From the human T2T-CHM13v2.0 reference genome, Homo sapiens: a stretch of 64,000 nt of DNA. The stretch is from assembly GCF_009914755.1 (NCBI RefSeq), contig NC_060945.1; one strand, written 5' to 3'. The notes under the pieces are model-generated. The model saw only the letters and a list, made by a program, of their open reading frames with translations. It searched no databases and was not told the DNA's origin. Both the position numbers and the translations under genes were made by a program. Numbering within the stretch: position 1 is the first letter of the stretch; every line of letters begins with the position of its first letter. This document shows positions 44,504 through 62,029 of this stretch, in pieces.

Positions 44504-46450
44504 ACCAATAAAAACAAATTTTTGTAGATTTCATTTCATAATCATCTAAAATTTCACCCACTTTTCTCTATTTCACAAGTTAATCCAAATAACCAAAATC
44601 ATTTGTCTGGATTATGATAATTGCAGTTATTACTGGTTTCCCTAAATGAACCATGCTTCTCCTAGCCCCACATTATGAATATTTATTGAGTAAAAATGTA
44701 TTCTAATCATTCTTGTGCTTTTTATACTAAGAGGGCTTCCAACCACTTTAAATAAATAATTTCCAAAATAATCTATTACTTGGCTATGGTTTTATATAAT
44801 GATGTTCCCATGTAACTTCCCAACATGTTTTCTCGTGAGAAAATATGGATTGCAATCCCTAGCCAGGCTTTACATACTATTTTAAAAATTCTTTCCATAG
44901 TTTTATTTTGGCTAAATCTAATTTGTCATTTAAGTAGTTGCTTAAATGTGACTTTATAAATAAATCATTTAATGACCACTAAGATTGATTGAGTAGCCAG
45001 AGTAGATGGTCTCATAGTGTGATGGTTAATATTGAATAACAACTTGATTGGATTGAAGGATGCAAAGTATTGTTCCTGGGTGTGTCTCTGAGGGCGTTGC
45101 CAAAGGAGATTAACTTTTGAGACAATGGACTGGGAGAGGCAGACCCACCCTCAATCTGGGTGGGCACCATCTAATCAGCTGCCAGAGTGGCTAGAATAAA
45201 GCAGGTGTGGAATAAAGAATGTGGAAGGACTAGCCTGGCTAAGTCTTCCAGCCTTCATCTTTCTCCCATGCTGGATGCTTTCTGCCCTCCAACATGACAC
45301 TCCAAGTTCTTCAGCTTTTAGACTCTTGGACTTTACACCAGTGGTTTGCCAGGTGCTCTCGGGCCTTTGGCCACAGACTGAAGGCTGCACTGTCGGCTTC
45401 CCTACTCTTGAGGTTTTGGGACTCATACTGGCTTCCTTGCTCTTCAGCTTGCAGATGGCCTATTGTGGGATTTCTTCTTGTGGTTGTGTGAGTCATTACT
45501 CTTTAATAAACTCTTTTTCAATAGATACATCAATCTTATTAGTTCTATCCCTCTAGAGAACCTCGATTAATACACATAGCATGCTGCACTTTACATTTTA
45601 TAAAACATGTAACGCACTCCATAACCTATTTGACTGTCACCACACTAGAGTGTAAGCCCTAGGACAGAAGGAATGATATATTTTGTACACGAGTGCATTT
45701 CAAACATCTTATTAATGCATACTACATACAAGAGGACTACATGATGAATTAGTATACTTTATCTTGTAATTCACTTGATTTTGGAAGATGGGCAAAATTC
45801 AATTGATGTTAATCCTCCCATTAAATTAATAACTGTCCTTTTTGGTAAGATATATTATTTATCCCATAAAAATCTTCATTTGTTGCATGCTTTGAAGACC
45901 TTAGAACAAAGTAATTTATCATAGTTTAAAAAAATTGGTAGAACACTATAGGAGTAAGTAGAGGGGCATTAATTAGACTTTCTGGAATGAATACATCAGT
46001 TTAGGGCTGTTTCATTAAAAGTATACTTACATGAAAATAGTGGTTTCAAACAATAAATAGATCAAAATGATGAAGACAATGAGAGCAGAGAAGACAAACC
46101 AGGCTTTGGAAACAGGAAAGCAGAGGGATAAAAGAAACAAGACATAAACAGACATAGTGGGAAATCAGAAACCAAAAATAAGGCTGAGATTCTCAGAATG
46201 TCTTGGGAATTATTACAGATGACCCAAATATCTCTAAAATTGTGCGGTGCCTATGAAGCTGCACAGGAGAAATCATATGAAATCTGTCTAAACAAAGATT
46301 AGATCCATGATACCAACTATCATACATTCAATCTGATAAATGGGTTCTTCTCCCTTTGCCAGTAGACTATAAATTTACTTTCTGGGGACATTGAACCCGA
46401 TAGACTCTGAAGAGGTTGCAAGACACAGCTGAAACTAATTGCACTCTAAT
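43500..46450. repeat. Inverted duplication, 43500-43936 versus 46015-46450 (~436 bp, ~97% identical)
   Basis: Manual base-by-base comparison found about 11 substitutions and 1 indel. Confidence 0.97.
45018..45574 (+). mobile_element. MLT2A2-like ERVL solo LTR
   Basis: tgtgatggttaatattga..caacttgattggattgaaggatgcaaagtattg...ccctctagagaacc..attaataca; perfect 5-bp TSD catag. Confidence 0.93.
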
Positions 46451-47397
46451 CATGGGAATAATTGTAAAGTCTATCTTCAGAACAGAGGTGGAAATTTCTA
46501 GACACTTTCTGAAACAACCTGTGAGAGCAATGGTAGCCAGGCTTAAAATTCCACAGAGACAAAAGGATTCCTCTCCAGTAAAACTTGTCAGTTTATGAAA
46601 AGAAATGTGCAGATACTTTCTTGGTTGATATCTTTAATGTAAGGGTCTGGAAAGATCATTTTCCAATAAAATAAAAATCAAGAAGCTCCTCCAATATACA
46701 CAGAGCTTTCATTCAGCTTAAAGACCATCCTACTCTTAAATATGAAGAGAAAACCAAGACTCTGTAAACAGTAGCAGAAAACATCTAACATGAACCACTG
46801 ATATCAAAGCATAAAGACACAAAAGAAATCTCAGGAAAAAGGAAAAGGAAGCAGGAAAAAGGGAAATGTAAGTAAGTAAACAATATTTATATCCTAGAAG
46901 AAAGAATAACAGAGTATCCATACAAAACACCAAAAGACTCTACAAAGAAACAGTAAGAAAGATTTCAACAGGACTTTCAACAAGTAATAGAAAAAGTTGC
47001 TAAACTAGTTGAAAGTACTGAAAGAAAAGTGACATTTCTGGCGGAAAGTTAAAATATATTTTATTGCAAATACATGGAAAACCAAGCAAACAGAAAAAAA
47101 TCGATTATTTATTCTAGGGAAAACATAAATTTTACAAGTAAGAGAATGAAGTCACGATATAATAAATTTGCATCTATAAGTGATAATTATCTAGTCTATA
47201 ATGTTAACATCTAATGCTGAAGTAGCACAAAATTATGATACAATTATTTTTCAAAAGTTAAGACAATGTGCACACCCATGTGAAGACAGATATAAGAGAG
47301 GTAATTGTATTTTTCCTTGTTTTCACATAAAAATATTCTCAAGGAGACAAGCCAAATATATATATATAATTATATTTAAAAATATAATTATATATAT

Positions 47398-47693
47398 TAT
47401 TTATTTATTTACTTTTGTGATGGAGTCTCACTCTGTCACCAGGTTGGAGTGCAGTGGCGATCTTGGCTCACTGCAACTTCCACCTCCTAGGTTCAAGCGA
47501 TTTTCCTGCCTCAGCCTCCTGGGTAGCTAGGACTACAGGTGTGCACCACCACACCCAGCTAATTTTTGTATTTTTATTAGAGACGGGGTTTCACCCTGTC
47601 ATCCGGGATGGTCTCGATCTCCTGACCTTGTGATCGGCCCACCTCAGCCTCCCAAAGTGCTGGGATTACAGGCGTGAGCCACCGCACCCGGCC
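47398..47693 (-). mobile_element. AluS (Sc-like)
   Basis: Antisense Alu consensus. Confidence 0.92.
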
Positions 47694-48054
47694 TTACATA
47701 TTTTTTTAAATGGAGACAAACACAAGAAGAAAGTAGCTAAAGCTTATAAAGCTTCTGCCTCTGCAAGATGGAAATTAGAGAAGTGAGAAATGTGGGAGAG
47801 TGCTGTTGTTTTTCAGCATCTGTTGGGTAGAACTCTAGTTGTTTAACTATGAATATCTGTATCTCCAATACAAGTGCTTGCAAACAAACAAAAATTACAT
47901 ATGGCCCGGTATTCTATAAAGCTTTGTGTACAGAAGCATATCATAATATGTTTTATTCTAACTCTGAGAAAACACATGATAGGAAATTTAATTCTGCTTG
48001 AATAGTATGGATTGGCTCTTTTGTGTTATTTCTTTTTCTGAAATTATTTTTTAA

Positions 48055-48392
<338 letters not shown>

Positions 48393-49104
48393 ACTAGATT
48401 ACTATTATATAAACTGGTAACCTAGTAAGAATATATACTTCTGTTACTGGTTTTTACAATAGTAACCTAATAAGAATATATTTTACTATTGTAAAAACTG
48501 TTTTTTACCATAGTAACCTAGTACAAATACATTTTTACAGATACATACACTTAAAAATTGCGATGCCATGAATTGAAATAAAATTAAAATAAGGTATATT
48601 TCTGTTAATGCAAATGCTACTAAATGTAATTGTATTTAACTCTAATGGTAGTGTGGTACTATGGAATCATGCTTTTTTAAGTATAAACCAAGACGTTTTA
48701 AACAGTTAACTTATTTTTTATTTTTCTGTAAACTCTCTTGATGCATCAATATGCATTAAGAAAGTTTTACTCACTATATTTGTGAATATAATACATTAGC
48801 TTTTATTATAATTTTTGTAACAGTTGTTAGTAATTACTACTCTTCCTTTAGACATCTTCCATTTACAAACTTGTCTTATATTTAATGACTGAAGTATTGT
48901 ACGGTAAAATATTATTATACACATCAATATAATCAATGTGACCATTCTTAATATGAGAATCTTTCCATTTATTAGTGAGTCAGTATAATGATGCTTTTGA
49001 ATAATCAAATGAATATAATGAAAAACATCATTAGTGTATACACTGAGTGGCAAGAAATTTACAGAAGTGTTCTGTATTTGCTAACCAGTTCTGTAGAAGC
49101 AGAC

Positions 49105-49118
49105 ATACATATGTATGT

Positions 49119-49182
<64 letters not shown>
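49105..49182. repeat. (TG)/(TA)n microsatellite with a long pure TA run at the L1 tail
   Basis: Direct reading. Confidence 0.95.
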
Positions 49183-52345
<3,163 letters not shown>

Positions 52346-53073
52346 TTGTGGGTTCCCCAGTGGGAACAAGAACCAAAGAACAACACTCATCCTCTCCCAT
52401 ACTAGGGGATCATTCCTGGTTCCCAGCTGGCCTCAGGCATGCAGGCTACCTGTTTTCCTTACCCTTCCTAGATTTTGGTGTATCCTTTCATTTTTCTGTT
52501 GGTCTTTCATGTCACCTCTTGTAAAATGTATTCAAAACATGATTGCCTGCACATTATTTTTGGTTCTTCTAAGTAGATCAGGTGTACTTGAAATGCTTCT
52601 AGTCAGCCATTAAAGAAAAAAACTGCAACTTTTTAAAGTTACCAATTTACATATTATACTGTTTTTAAGATTACTTATTCACTCAAATGCAGCTAAGTGT
52701 ATTGCTATTATTTTGTGTCTATTAATGTTTTTATTATTTTTCAATTTAATGTTCAAAAGATATTTATTTTTCTTTTGCTCATAAGAATTGTGTATTATAT
52801 ATTTTACAACAGGCATTTAGTTAGATTAAGCTATTGACCACATGCATATATCAATCCCCAAAAAGTGATAAAGTTATCGTAGAGGAATTCTAATAGGAAT
52901 AGAGTATCAATGACAATAAATCAATTAAAGAGTTAGAATAGCAATTGTATATACTATGACATTAAGAAAAACATCAAGTATAGCTAGAGGACCAGGAAAT
53001 TCAGTATCTGATTATTTATGATATTCAGAGAGATAACAAAGAAAACAATATAAACGCTATTATTAAAGAATGG

Positions 53074-53593
<520 letters not shown>

Positions 53594-54946
53594 TTACAAA
53601 AGCCATATGATAATAAAATAAATAATCAGTAGGGTAAGAACTGACCAGATGCAAAAGACATTTATTAAGAAAAGCAAACTACGGCCCTTCTTTATATTTT
53701 AAGGATGCATTAAAATAAGTATGTATACACAAAAGACTAAAGGATCCAGATAGAATTAGCATACTGGCTGCAGGTAAGTACTGGAAGGCAGAATCCAGTC
53801 AAAGTAAGAGAAAGAACAATGTCTTCATAAGGTTTCTATAAGTATATAAATACAGGCCAGAGTTTTTGAGATCTGTGATTTTCCTGACTTAGTACTTCTC
53901 AATATGAAGTTGGGCAAGTTATTTTTATAATAAACCATATCATTATATCATTTGGTCACTTCAACTGTCTTATAATCTATCTACATCAGTGTATGGTGAC
54001 AATCATGAACTGGAAAATAATCAGGATCCCTTTTCCATTGTTTCTCTATATGATTGTTCTGATACTGAAATTCCTCATTCGTTGTGTTGTTTGGATTATT
54101 ATTTCTGCTGTTGCCCTCCTCTGGAATCCTGAGCTCATTGGTGAGTGCCACTGAACCCATGTACCAAAAAACAAACAAACAGAAAGGAAAGCTTTTGGTT
54201 GAGTAAAACAAATTCCTAAAGTAATCAATATTTCCAACACGAAAAATGAAGGAAGGAAAAAAAAGACCTGCATCAAGTTATGAATTGGATTATAAAATTT
54301 AAAACTCCACAAAGATAGAAAGATACTAACTGCACCAACAGAAAATAAAAGTAGAAGTAAACCAAAGCAGACTAAGGCTACATAGATGTGCTTAGTTGAT
54401 CAACATTTACCAAGTTACTTACTTCAAAAATGTGCACATTTTGGCCCGTATATTGCCCTTCAATAAGTTATAATAATAATAGAAACTCATAAGACAGTTC
54501 AAATTAAATATGCCATCAATGCATCTCGGCAGCAGCACTACACAACTGCCTGAGTACAAATTAATTTTTACCTAGAATTCCACACCCAGCTAAATAATTA
54601 ATAAAATAGGATATTAAAATAGAAGTATTTTTATTCTAAACATTTGGAGATTTTCATTTGGATCTACTTTCTTTGCAGAGAGTTAATTAAGAATGTACCC
54701 TGGATAAATAAGGACAGAGAAAGAGAAGGACTATGTGGTGTGTGGAAAATTTTGGATAAACTCACGAATGTCCTAAAGGAAAGTTCGGGATGAGAACTAT
54801 GCAGAAGTGGGAGTAGTCAATATCAGAGTAGAGGGACTGTGGGTTCTGGGATAACGCATTGTCGAGATGTTAGGAACAAATGGTGTGTGTGTGTTTAGGG
54901 ATGGATATTAATAAACCTCCTGGTAAAATGGATTACTTAAAAACAA

Positions 54947-55207
54947 TTTTTTTTGTATTTTTAGTAGAGACTGGTTTGGCCAGGCTGCTCTGAAACTCCT
55001 GATCTTGTGATCCGCCTGTCTCGGCCTGCCAAAAAATCAGCTGGGAGTAGTGATGGGCACCTGTAATCCCAGCTACTCAGCAGACTGAGGCAGGATAATC
55101 GCTTGAACCCGGGAGGCGGAAATTGCAGTGAGCCAAGATGGAGCCACTGCACTCCAGCCCAGGTGACAGAGTGAGACTCCATCTAAAGAAACAAACAAAC
55201 AAACAAA
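54947..55207 (+). mobile_element. Alu with an inverted left arm (54947-55030 antisense; 55031-55207 sense)
   Basis: ttttgtattttttagtagaga...gtgatccgcctgtctcggcc is directly followed by aaaaaatcagctggg...gcactccagc..gagactccatct and an A-rich tail. Confidence 0.9.
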
Positions 55208-55329
55208 AGAGGATACCACAATAAAAATTGATAGTAGAAAAAAGTGATTAGAGAGTCAAGAGAAAATAGAATTCATGTAAGAACTATAGTTGGATTTAGA
55301 ATAAACAGTTTATTTTGTCTTAGATTTCT

Positions 55330-57960
55330 GGATGTCATAAACTCACTTTTTCCTTCATCTAACCTCTCATACAACTAAATACCCTGGAAATAATTTTTAA
55401 AACAAGAATACCATAGAAGGACTTCAAGAATTGAAAAGTAGAAGACGACTAGTTAGCAAGCTCAGAACTTGAAGAATGATACTGTGGTCAAACAATAAAA
55501 TTGCTTTTGTTCATTTGTTTTATCTCCCATTTTATCTCCATATATATCAAATCAAGCACCACAGAGGCCTCCTACCAGGAACTACCAATAAGAATAGATA
55601 AAATCAAACCAACAAACAAGCAGACATAACAAAACCTAGACAAGTCTAGACTCTTCGGCCAAAGTATTGGAAACAAAAATGTCCAGTGGAGATCTAGCAG
55701 GGAGAAGCAACTCAAGACCCACAACCTATGGTAACTATGAGCTTGATGATCCACAGAGACTGGTGTCAGTCTCACTGGCAAGGCTGACCTAATCCCATGT
55801 GCCACAGCCACCAGCAGAGATGACTGATTTGTTTTAGAGGTGACATCAGCATGGTCAAGTTGAACCAATGCTTTACTCATCCCACACTAACCAACCATGA
55901 TGGGCCCCATCAGTCTTCAGCTAGAGAGTCAGTGAAGTCTGAGCAATGGCAGGCTTTGTCTATCTTCAGTGCGGTGTCACCAAAGGCAAGATAGGGTGAC
56001 TTTTCTTCTATCCATCACACAGGAAATGTGGTGTGATGCCTACCATGTGAGTCAGTGACCCTAGATAGAGAGAACCATGACCTGCTCCATGAGAGGCAGA
56101 AATAGGCAGAACCCTTGGCCTGCATCTGCATTACTATCAAGCCTAGTTACTCTTGGCCCACCACTCTGTGGCAGAAGGCAGCATAAGTCCAGCACCTTCC
56201 ACCTCTCTAACTTACAGCAACAGGTAAACTAAGTCAAGTGTTTCATGATGCTCCACTTAATTACAGAGTTATCTAGATGCAGCTGTTCCTGACCATTCAT
56301 TTAGCAACAGAAGAAGACCAAGGCCAAACATTTTCCTCCTCCCAACACCTGGATCAGGAAACAGCTAAAGTGGTGCTTCTTCTCCCTAAAGAGAATGGTG
56401 GAGATAAAATAGGAAGCTAGGAGCATCCAACAGTTGGAGAATAGACCAACAGACACACTCTGTTCTGCAGGCCCAACATCTACCTCCCACCCCCGCCCCC
56501 AATGTAGCAATACCTGGTGGCCTAGGGAAGAACCTTGCTACCAAGGTAGTTGGAACCAGAATAGATTCAGCAAGTGTTGCAGCAAAGCCTTCAGTACAAA
56601 GCAGATAAGAATATGATGTCAGGAGCTCAGAATAGTAAATTGGAACCATAGCCTACAGAGTATTCTAGAAAGTACACACTAAACCTAATTAAAGTGATTG
56701 CCTATTAGGAGAGATATACATAAGACTCATATTCTCCTAATGTACTTTATAAAATGTCCAGGATACAACCAAAAACCAGTGATCATACAATGAACCGTTA
56801 AATCACAACTTCATGGATTTAATGGTTCATAAATTTGCTTCAACAAGCGATTATAAATTTTTATTGAAACTAAAGAAAAAATAGATATTCTCCTCAAATA
56901 AATTAAAGTTATATAAGAATGAACTAAGCAAAAATTATAGACTTGAAAGTTGCAAGTAACAAAACAAACATACAAGACTCTTGGATAAGATCCATAGTAG
57001 ATTGGAGATGAGAGAGAACAGACTCAGTGACGTTGAGGGCAGATACAAAATTTACTCAGTCTGAACAACAGAGAGGATATAGCCTGAAAAAGCAAAAAGC
57101 ACAGAGGCTCAAAGACCTCTGGGACTATAACAATAAATCTAACATTTTATTGTTAATATTATTAGAATCCTAGAATGATGGTAGAAAAAAGCAGGGCTAT
57201 AAAGTTATTGGAAGAAATAAGAACTAAAATTTCACCAAATATAGCAAAAGACATAAATCTATAAATTTATGAAACTGAGAGAAAATCCCAAATAGAACAA
57301 GTCCACAGAAATTTATGCCACACCATGTCATTATTAAACTTCTAGAAAGGAAAGACAAAGATAAAATCTTGGAAACAGCAAGAGAATAATGATCTCTTTT
57401 CTATAAGAATACATAACTTGAATGACAATGGATTTTATACCAGAAAACATGAAGATCAGAAGGAAGGAAAACAAGAAACCAGACTGGCAGAGTGAGAGGT
57501 GGGAGAAACCAAGAATTTGTCAGAAGAGGATATATCTTTAAATAATGACAAATAAACCTCTCTACAAAGAAAAAATAAATAAGGGAAGGGATTGTATCTT
57601 CATAAAGGAAAGAAGAGGAAAATAATAAGTAAAAATAGAAGCAGATATCAGAATTCTTTCCTCTATGACTTTCTTAAATTATATTTTATATTTAAAGCAA
57701 ACATTATGACATATAATGTGTTACCAGCTATACGTAGTGTAAATACTTAAGAAAATTATATTTAAAAATTAGGAAAACTAAAGGGATCTAAATCAGAGTT
57801 TACTACTTCTACTGAAGTATTAAAACATGTATAATGTAGTCTGTGTTTTTACACATATATATTGTGATATCTAGAGAAACCACTAAAAAATTATATAAGC
57901 AATATGATTGAAAACACTATAAATTAAGACAGAACAGTAAACATATCTAGGCAATCTAAA
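55330..57960 (+). mobile_element. Old L1M 5'UTR/ORF1-region remnant
   Basis: aaaatgtccaggatacaacc, cagtctgaacaacagagag, gacctctgggac, aaagacaaagataaaatcttg.aa.cagcaagaga. Confidence 0.7.
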
Positions 57961-58287
57961 GGAAGCCAAGAAAAAAAAAACTCTCAAAACTCTACAATAA
58001 AAAAACAAACAACCTGATTAAATAATGTGCCAGAAGCCTTGCCAGACACCTCACCAAAGAGGATATAGAAATGGCACATAAGCATATAGACAGATGCTGC
58101 ACATCACATGTCATTAGAGAAAAGCAAATTAAAATAACAATGAAATACCACTACAAATGCATTAAAATTACCAAAATTCAGAACACTGTCAACACCAAAT
58201 ACTGACAAGGATGTGCAGCAATAGGAATGCTCATTTATTGCTGGGGGTGGGGGTGCGGCAAAATGGTACAGCCACTTTTGAAGATAA

Positions 58288-58660
58288 TTATACGGTTTGG
58301 CCTTGTCCCCAGCCAAATCTCATCTTGGACTGTAATTTCCATAATCCCCACATGTTGTGAGACGGACCCAGTGGGAGGCAATTGAATCATGGGGGTGGTT
58401 ACCCCCATGCTGCCGTTCTCGTGATAATGAGTGAGTTCTTCACGAGATCTGATGGTTTTATAGGGGCTTTTCCCACTTTTGCTCGGCACTTTTCTTTGCT
58501 GCCGTCATGTGAAGAAGGAAATGTTTGCTTCCCCTTCCACCATAAGTTTCCTGAGGCTTCCCCAGCCATGCCGAACTGTGAGTCAATTAAACCTTTTCCT
58601 TTTATAAATTACCCAGTCTCGGGTATGTTTTTATTAGCAGTGTGAGAACAGACTAATACA
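58288..58660 (+). mobile_element. THE1 (C/D-like) MaLR solo LTR
   Basis: ggtttggcc.tgtcccca.ccaaatctcatctt...aattacccagtctcgggtatg...gagaacagactaataca. Confidence 0.92.
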
Positions 58661-58881
58661 TTTGGCAGTTTCTGACAAAAGTAAACGTGCGTTTGTCATA
58701 TGAATCCGTAACCATTGAGTTGAAAGCAACCAAAGTGCCCTTCAATACATGAATGAATAAATAAACTGTGGTATATTCAGACTGGAATATTATTCAGCAT
58801 TAAAATGAAATGAGCTATGACGTCATGAAAAGACACAGGGAAAACTTAAATGCGTATTACTAAGTTAAAGAAGCCAGTGTG

Positions 58882-59209
<328 letters not shown>

Positions 59210-59769
59210 TCAACTTTAGGACATTCTGGAAAAGGCAAAGCTATGAAGGCAGTAAAAAGATCAGTGATTGCCAAGGGTGGGGAGGGAGAAAGGTATGAAC
59301 AGGTGGAGCACAAAGGATTTGGGGGCAGTTAAAAAAAAAAAACAAACTACGTGTGCTGCTATATAGGTAGATACATGTCACTATATTTTGTCCCAATCCA
59401 TAGAATGTATACCAAGAGTGAACCCTAATATCAACCATGATTTTGAGTGATTATGGTGTGTCAATATAAGTTCCTCAATTGTGACAAATGTACCATGCTG
59501 ATGGAAGATGTTGATAATGTGGGAGCCATGCATATGTGGAGTCAGTGTATATATATGGGACATTTCTGCACCTTCATCCCAATTTTTCTGTGAACTTCAA
59601 ACTGCTCCAAAAAAAGTTATCAAAACAAAGAAGAAATGTACTAAGAAACAGAAGAAACACAGAGAAGACAAATAATAAAATATCTCAGATCTCTCAAAAC
59701 TAAGATGTAAAGAACAAAGTACTTGACAGTTTTTAAAAATGAGAACATGAAAAAATACATAAAAAGTTG

Positions 59770-60460
59770 TTTTTCACTGAGGAAGATAGCAAGTGAGCAT
59801 AGGAAAATATGTTTCACATCGATAGCTATTAAATCAACAGAAATAAAAAACAGATGTCAATACTCACTTTTCACAATGGCCTAAAAATTGCGATGACATC
59901 AAAAACTGATGAGGATGTGATGTAACTGTATCACTCATTCATTTCTGGTGAAATTGGAAAATAGTAAAGATACTCTAGAAAATTATGTAGCAGTTTCTTT
60001 TAAAACTAAAAATACATCTGTCCACATGACCTAGCAATAGCAGTCATGGACATTTATTACCAAAAAATAAAATTATGTTCACATAAAAGCTGAATACAAA
60101 TATTTATAGCAGCCAGAATTTGTAATAGCCAGAATTTGGGAATAATACGTGTATCTCTTAATGGGTAAATGAAACAAACTCTGATGCATTCGTGTCGTGC
60201 AATAGTACTCAGCACTAAAAATAAACAAATCATTAATAAATTTTACACGTATATCAACAAAGCTCTGCTGTGTGGGAAAAAAAAGCCAGTATTAAAATGT
60301 CACATGCTGTGTGATTCTATTTATATAACATTCATTTAAAAAAAAAAGTTGCTAGTGGTTGGGGTGGGGGCAGGAGGTTAAGGATGACTGGCTATGAAAG
60401 GGTAGCATGAGGGTATCTGGAGATGATGGAAAACTTCTGTACGTTAATTTTGGTGGTATT
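59770..60460 (+). mobile_element. L1MC/ME 3' fragment
   Basis: gatgaggatgtg...tgacctagcaat...ttatgttcacataaaa...tgattctatttatataacatt. Confidence 0.7.
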
Positions 60461-61255
60461 TTCCACCATTTTCTTCTTTCCAGCACAGTTCATGGCACAA
60501 ATGAGATAGGCATCCAAAATATATTTGTTGAAATGACAGTTCTATGTACTAGTTCTTTATCTGTTTCAAACTAGTCTAATACATATTCAGTGGCTAGTAT
60601 ATAAAGTAAACACCTATTGCAACATCATGGCATATTTTGCACACCAAGATATAAACACCAAGCTATTTACTTACATAGAGAAAGGTTCCTTGCTGCTCTG
60701 CTTATACAGAAGAAAAAAAGAAAACCATAATGATATTCAAGGAATTATCTAATGTGCTGTACATACTTTGCAATACAAATTGAGTACATTGTTTTCCCTA
60801 AAAATGCAACCTCAAGCAGAAACCTTAACAGAGCATTTACATTATTGAATCCTTGTTATTAACAAATAAAACATGTATTCATTCACTGAAGCTGTAAGAT
60901 ACCACCTCTAATTTATTATTTAACTCATTTAAGTAAAAAGTGTACTATATATACATACATACACACATATGTACAGTCTCAGTAACACTAATTGGAATTC
61001 CAAATGTATCTATCTGTCCATAAATATAAATATGAAAATAAATATATTAAGTATTAACTGAATGTACCCAGTTATATCATTAAAGATTATTTAATGGGAA
61101 AAAATTAGAGCCAGTAATTTTTGAGAAAGAGGCTGTATCTCAAAAACCCTGCAGAAAAAACATGAAGTTAACCTAAATGTCCAGGCATGCTATGCAATTT
61201 AACATTATGACACTTCAAAAATGACGGATAGAAGCTTATATAGTATAAAGGGGCT

Positions 61256-61660
61256 GCAATGGTTAATTTTTTTTTGTCAGCCTGGTTGAGCTATGATGCT
61301 CTGATATTGGATCAAGCATCATTCTGGATGATTCTATGAAGTTGTTTTTTTGATAAGACTATCATTTACATCAGTGCACTTTGAGTAAAGCAGATTGCCC
61401 TTCATAATGTGAGTGGGCTTTATCTAAATAATTGAAAATCTTAATAGAACAAAGACTGACCTTTTCCAAGTGAGGATAAATTCAGCCAGCTGACTGCTTT
61501 TGAACACAACTGCAACTCTTTCCTAAGTCTCTGCCCTGCTTAATTTTGGCCTTAACCAAGCTTTCACAATTACATGAGCCAATTCTTTGAAATAAATATG
61601 CCTCTGTATACACATTCTTTGGTTCTGTTTCTCTAGAGCACCTTTTGACTAACTAATCCA
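61256..61660 (+). mobile_element. MLT2D-like ERVL LTR
   Basis: tgcaatggttaattt...ctttgagtaaagcagattgcccttcataatgtg.gtggg...ttggttctgtttctctagag. Confidence 0.8.
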
Positions 61661-62029
61661 GGGACTTAAGAGTAAACTGGTTACATGTGTAGACAAGGCT
61701 GTTAGAAAACTATAGCCAAGTTGTGTTCCAACAGAGAGATCAACATTCTAAATCACCTTAGCACCTGCTAACATCATAGCTGACATCATTTTCAGGTTTC
61801 TCATTATCATATCGGAGTGTCGGTGGAATTTGACTAAATATATTGTGTTTAAAAAATATTGAATTCATGTAAACTATGTGGGTAAATATATAGAAGTATT
61901 TGAAATTCAAACATAAAATTATAAAGACAATCAAACTAATGAGCATTGCTAATTACTAAATTTGGTTTTATTGCAAATATGAGTTGAGGCCCCTTTGATT
62001 AACTAATAGTAACAATTCATAATTAATAA

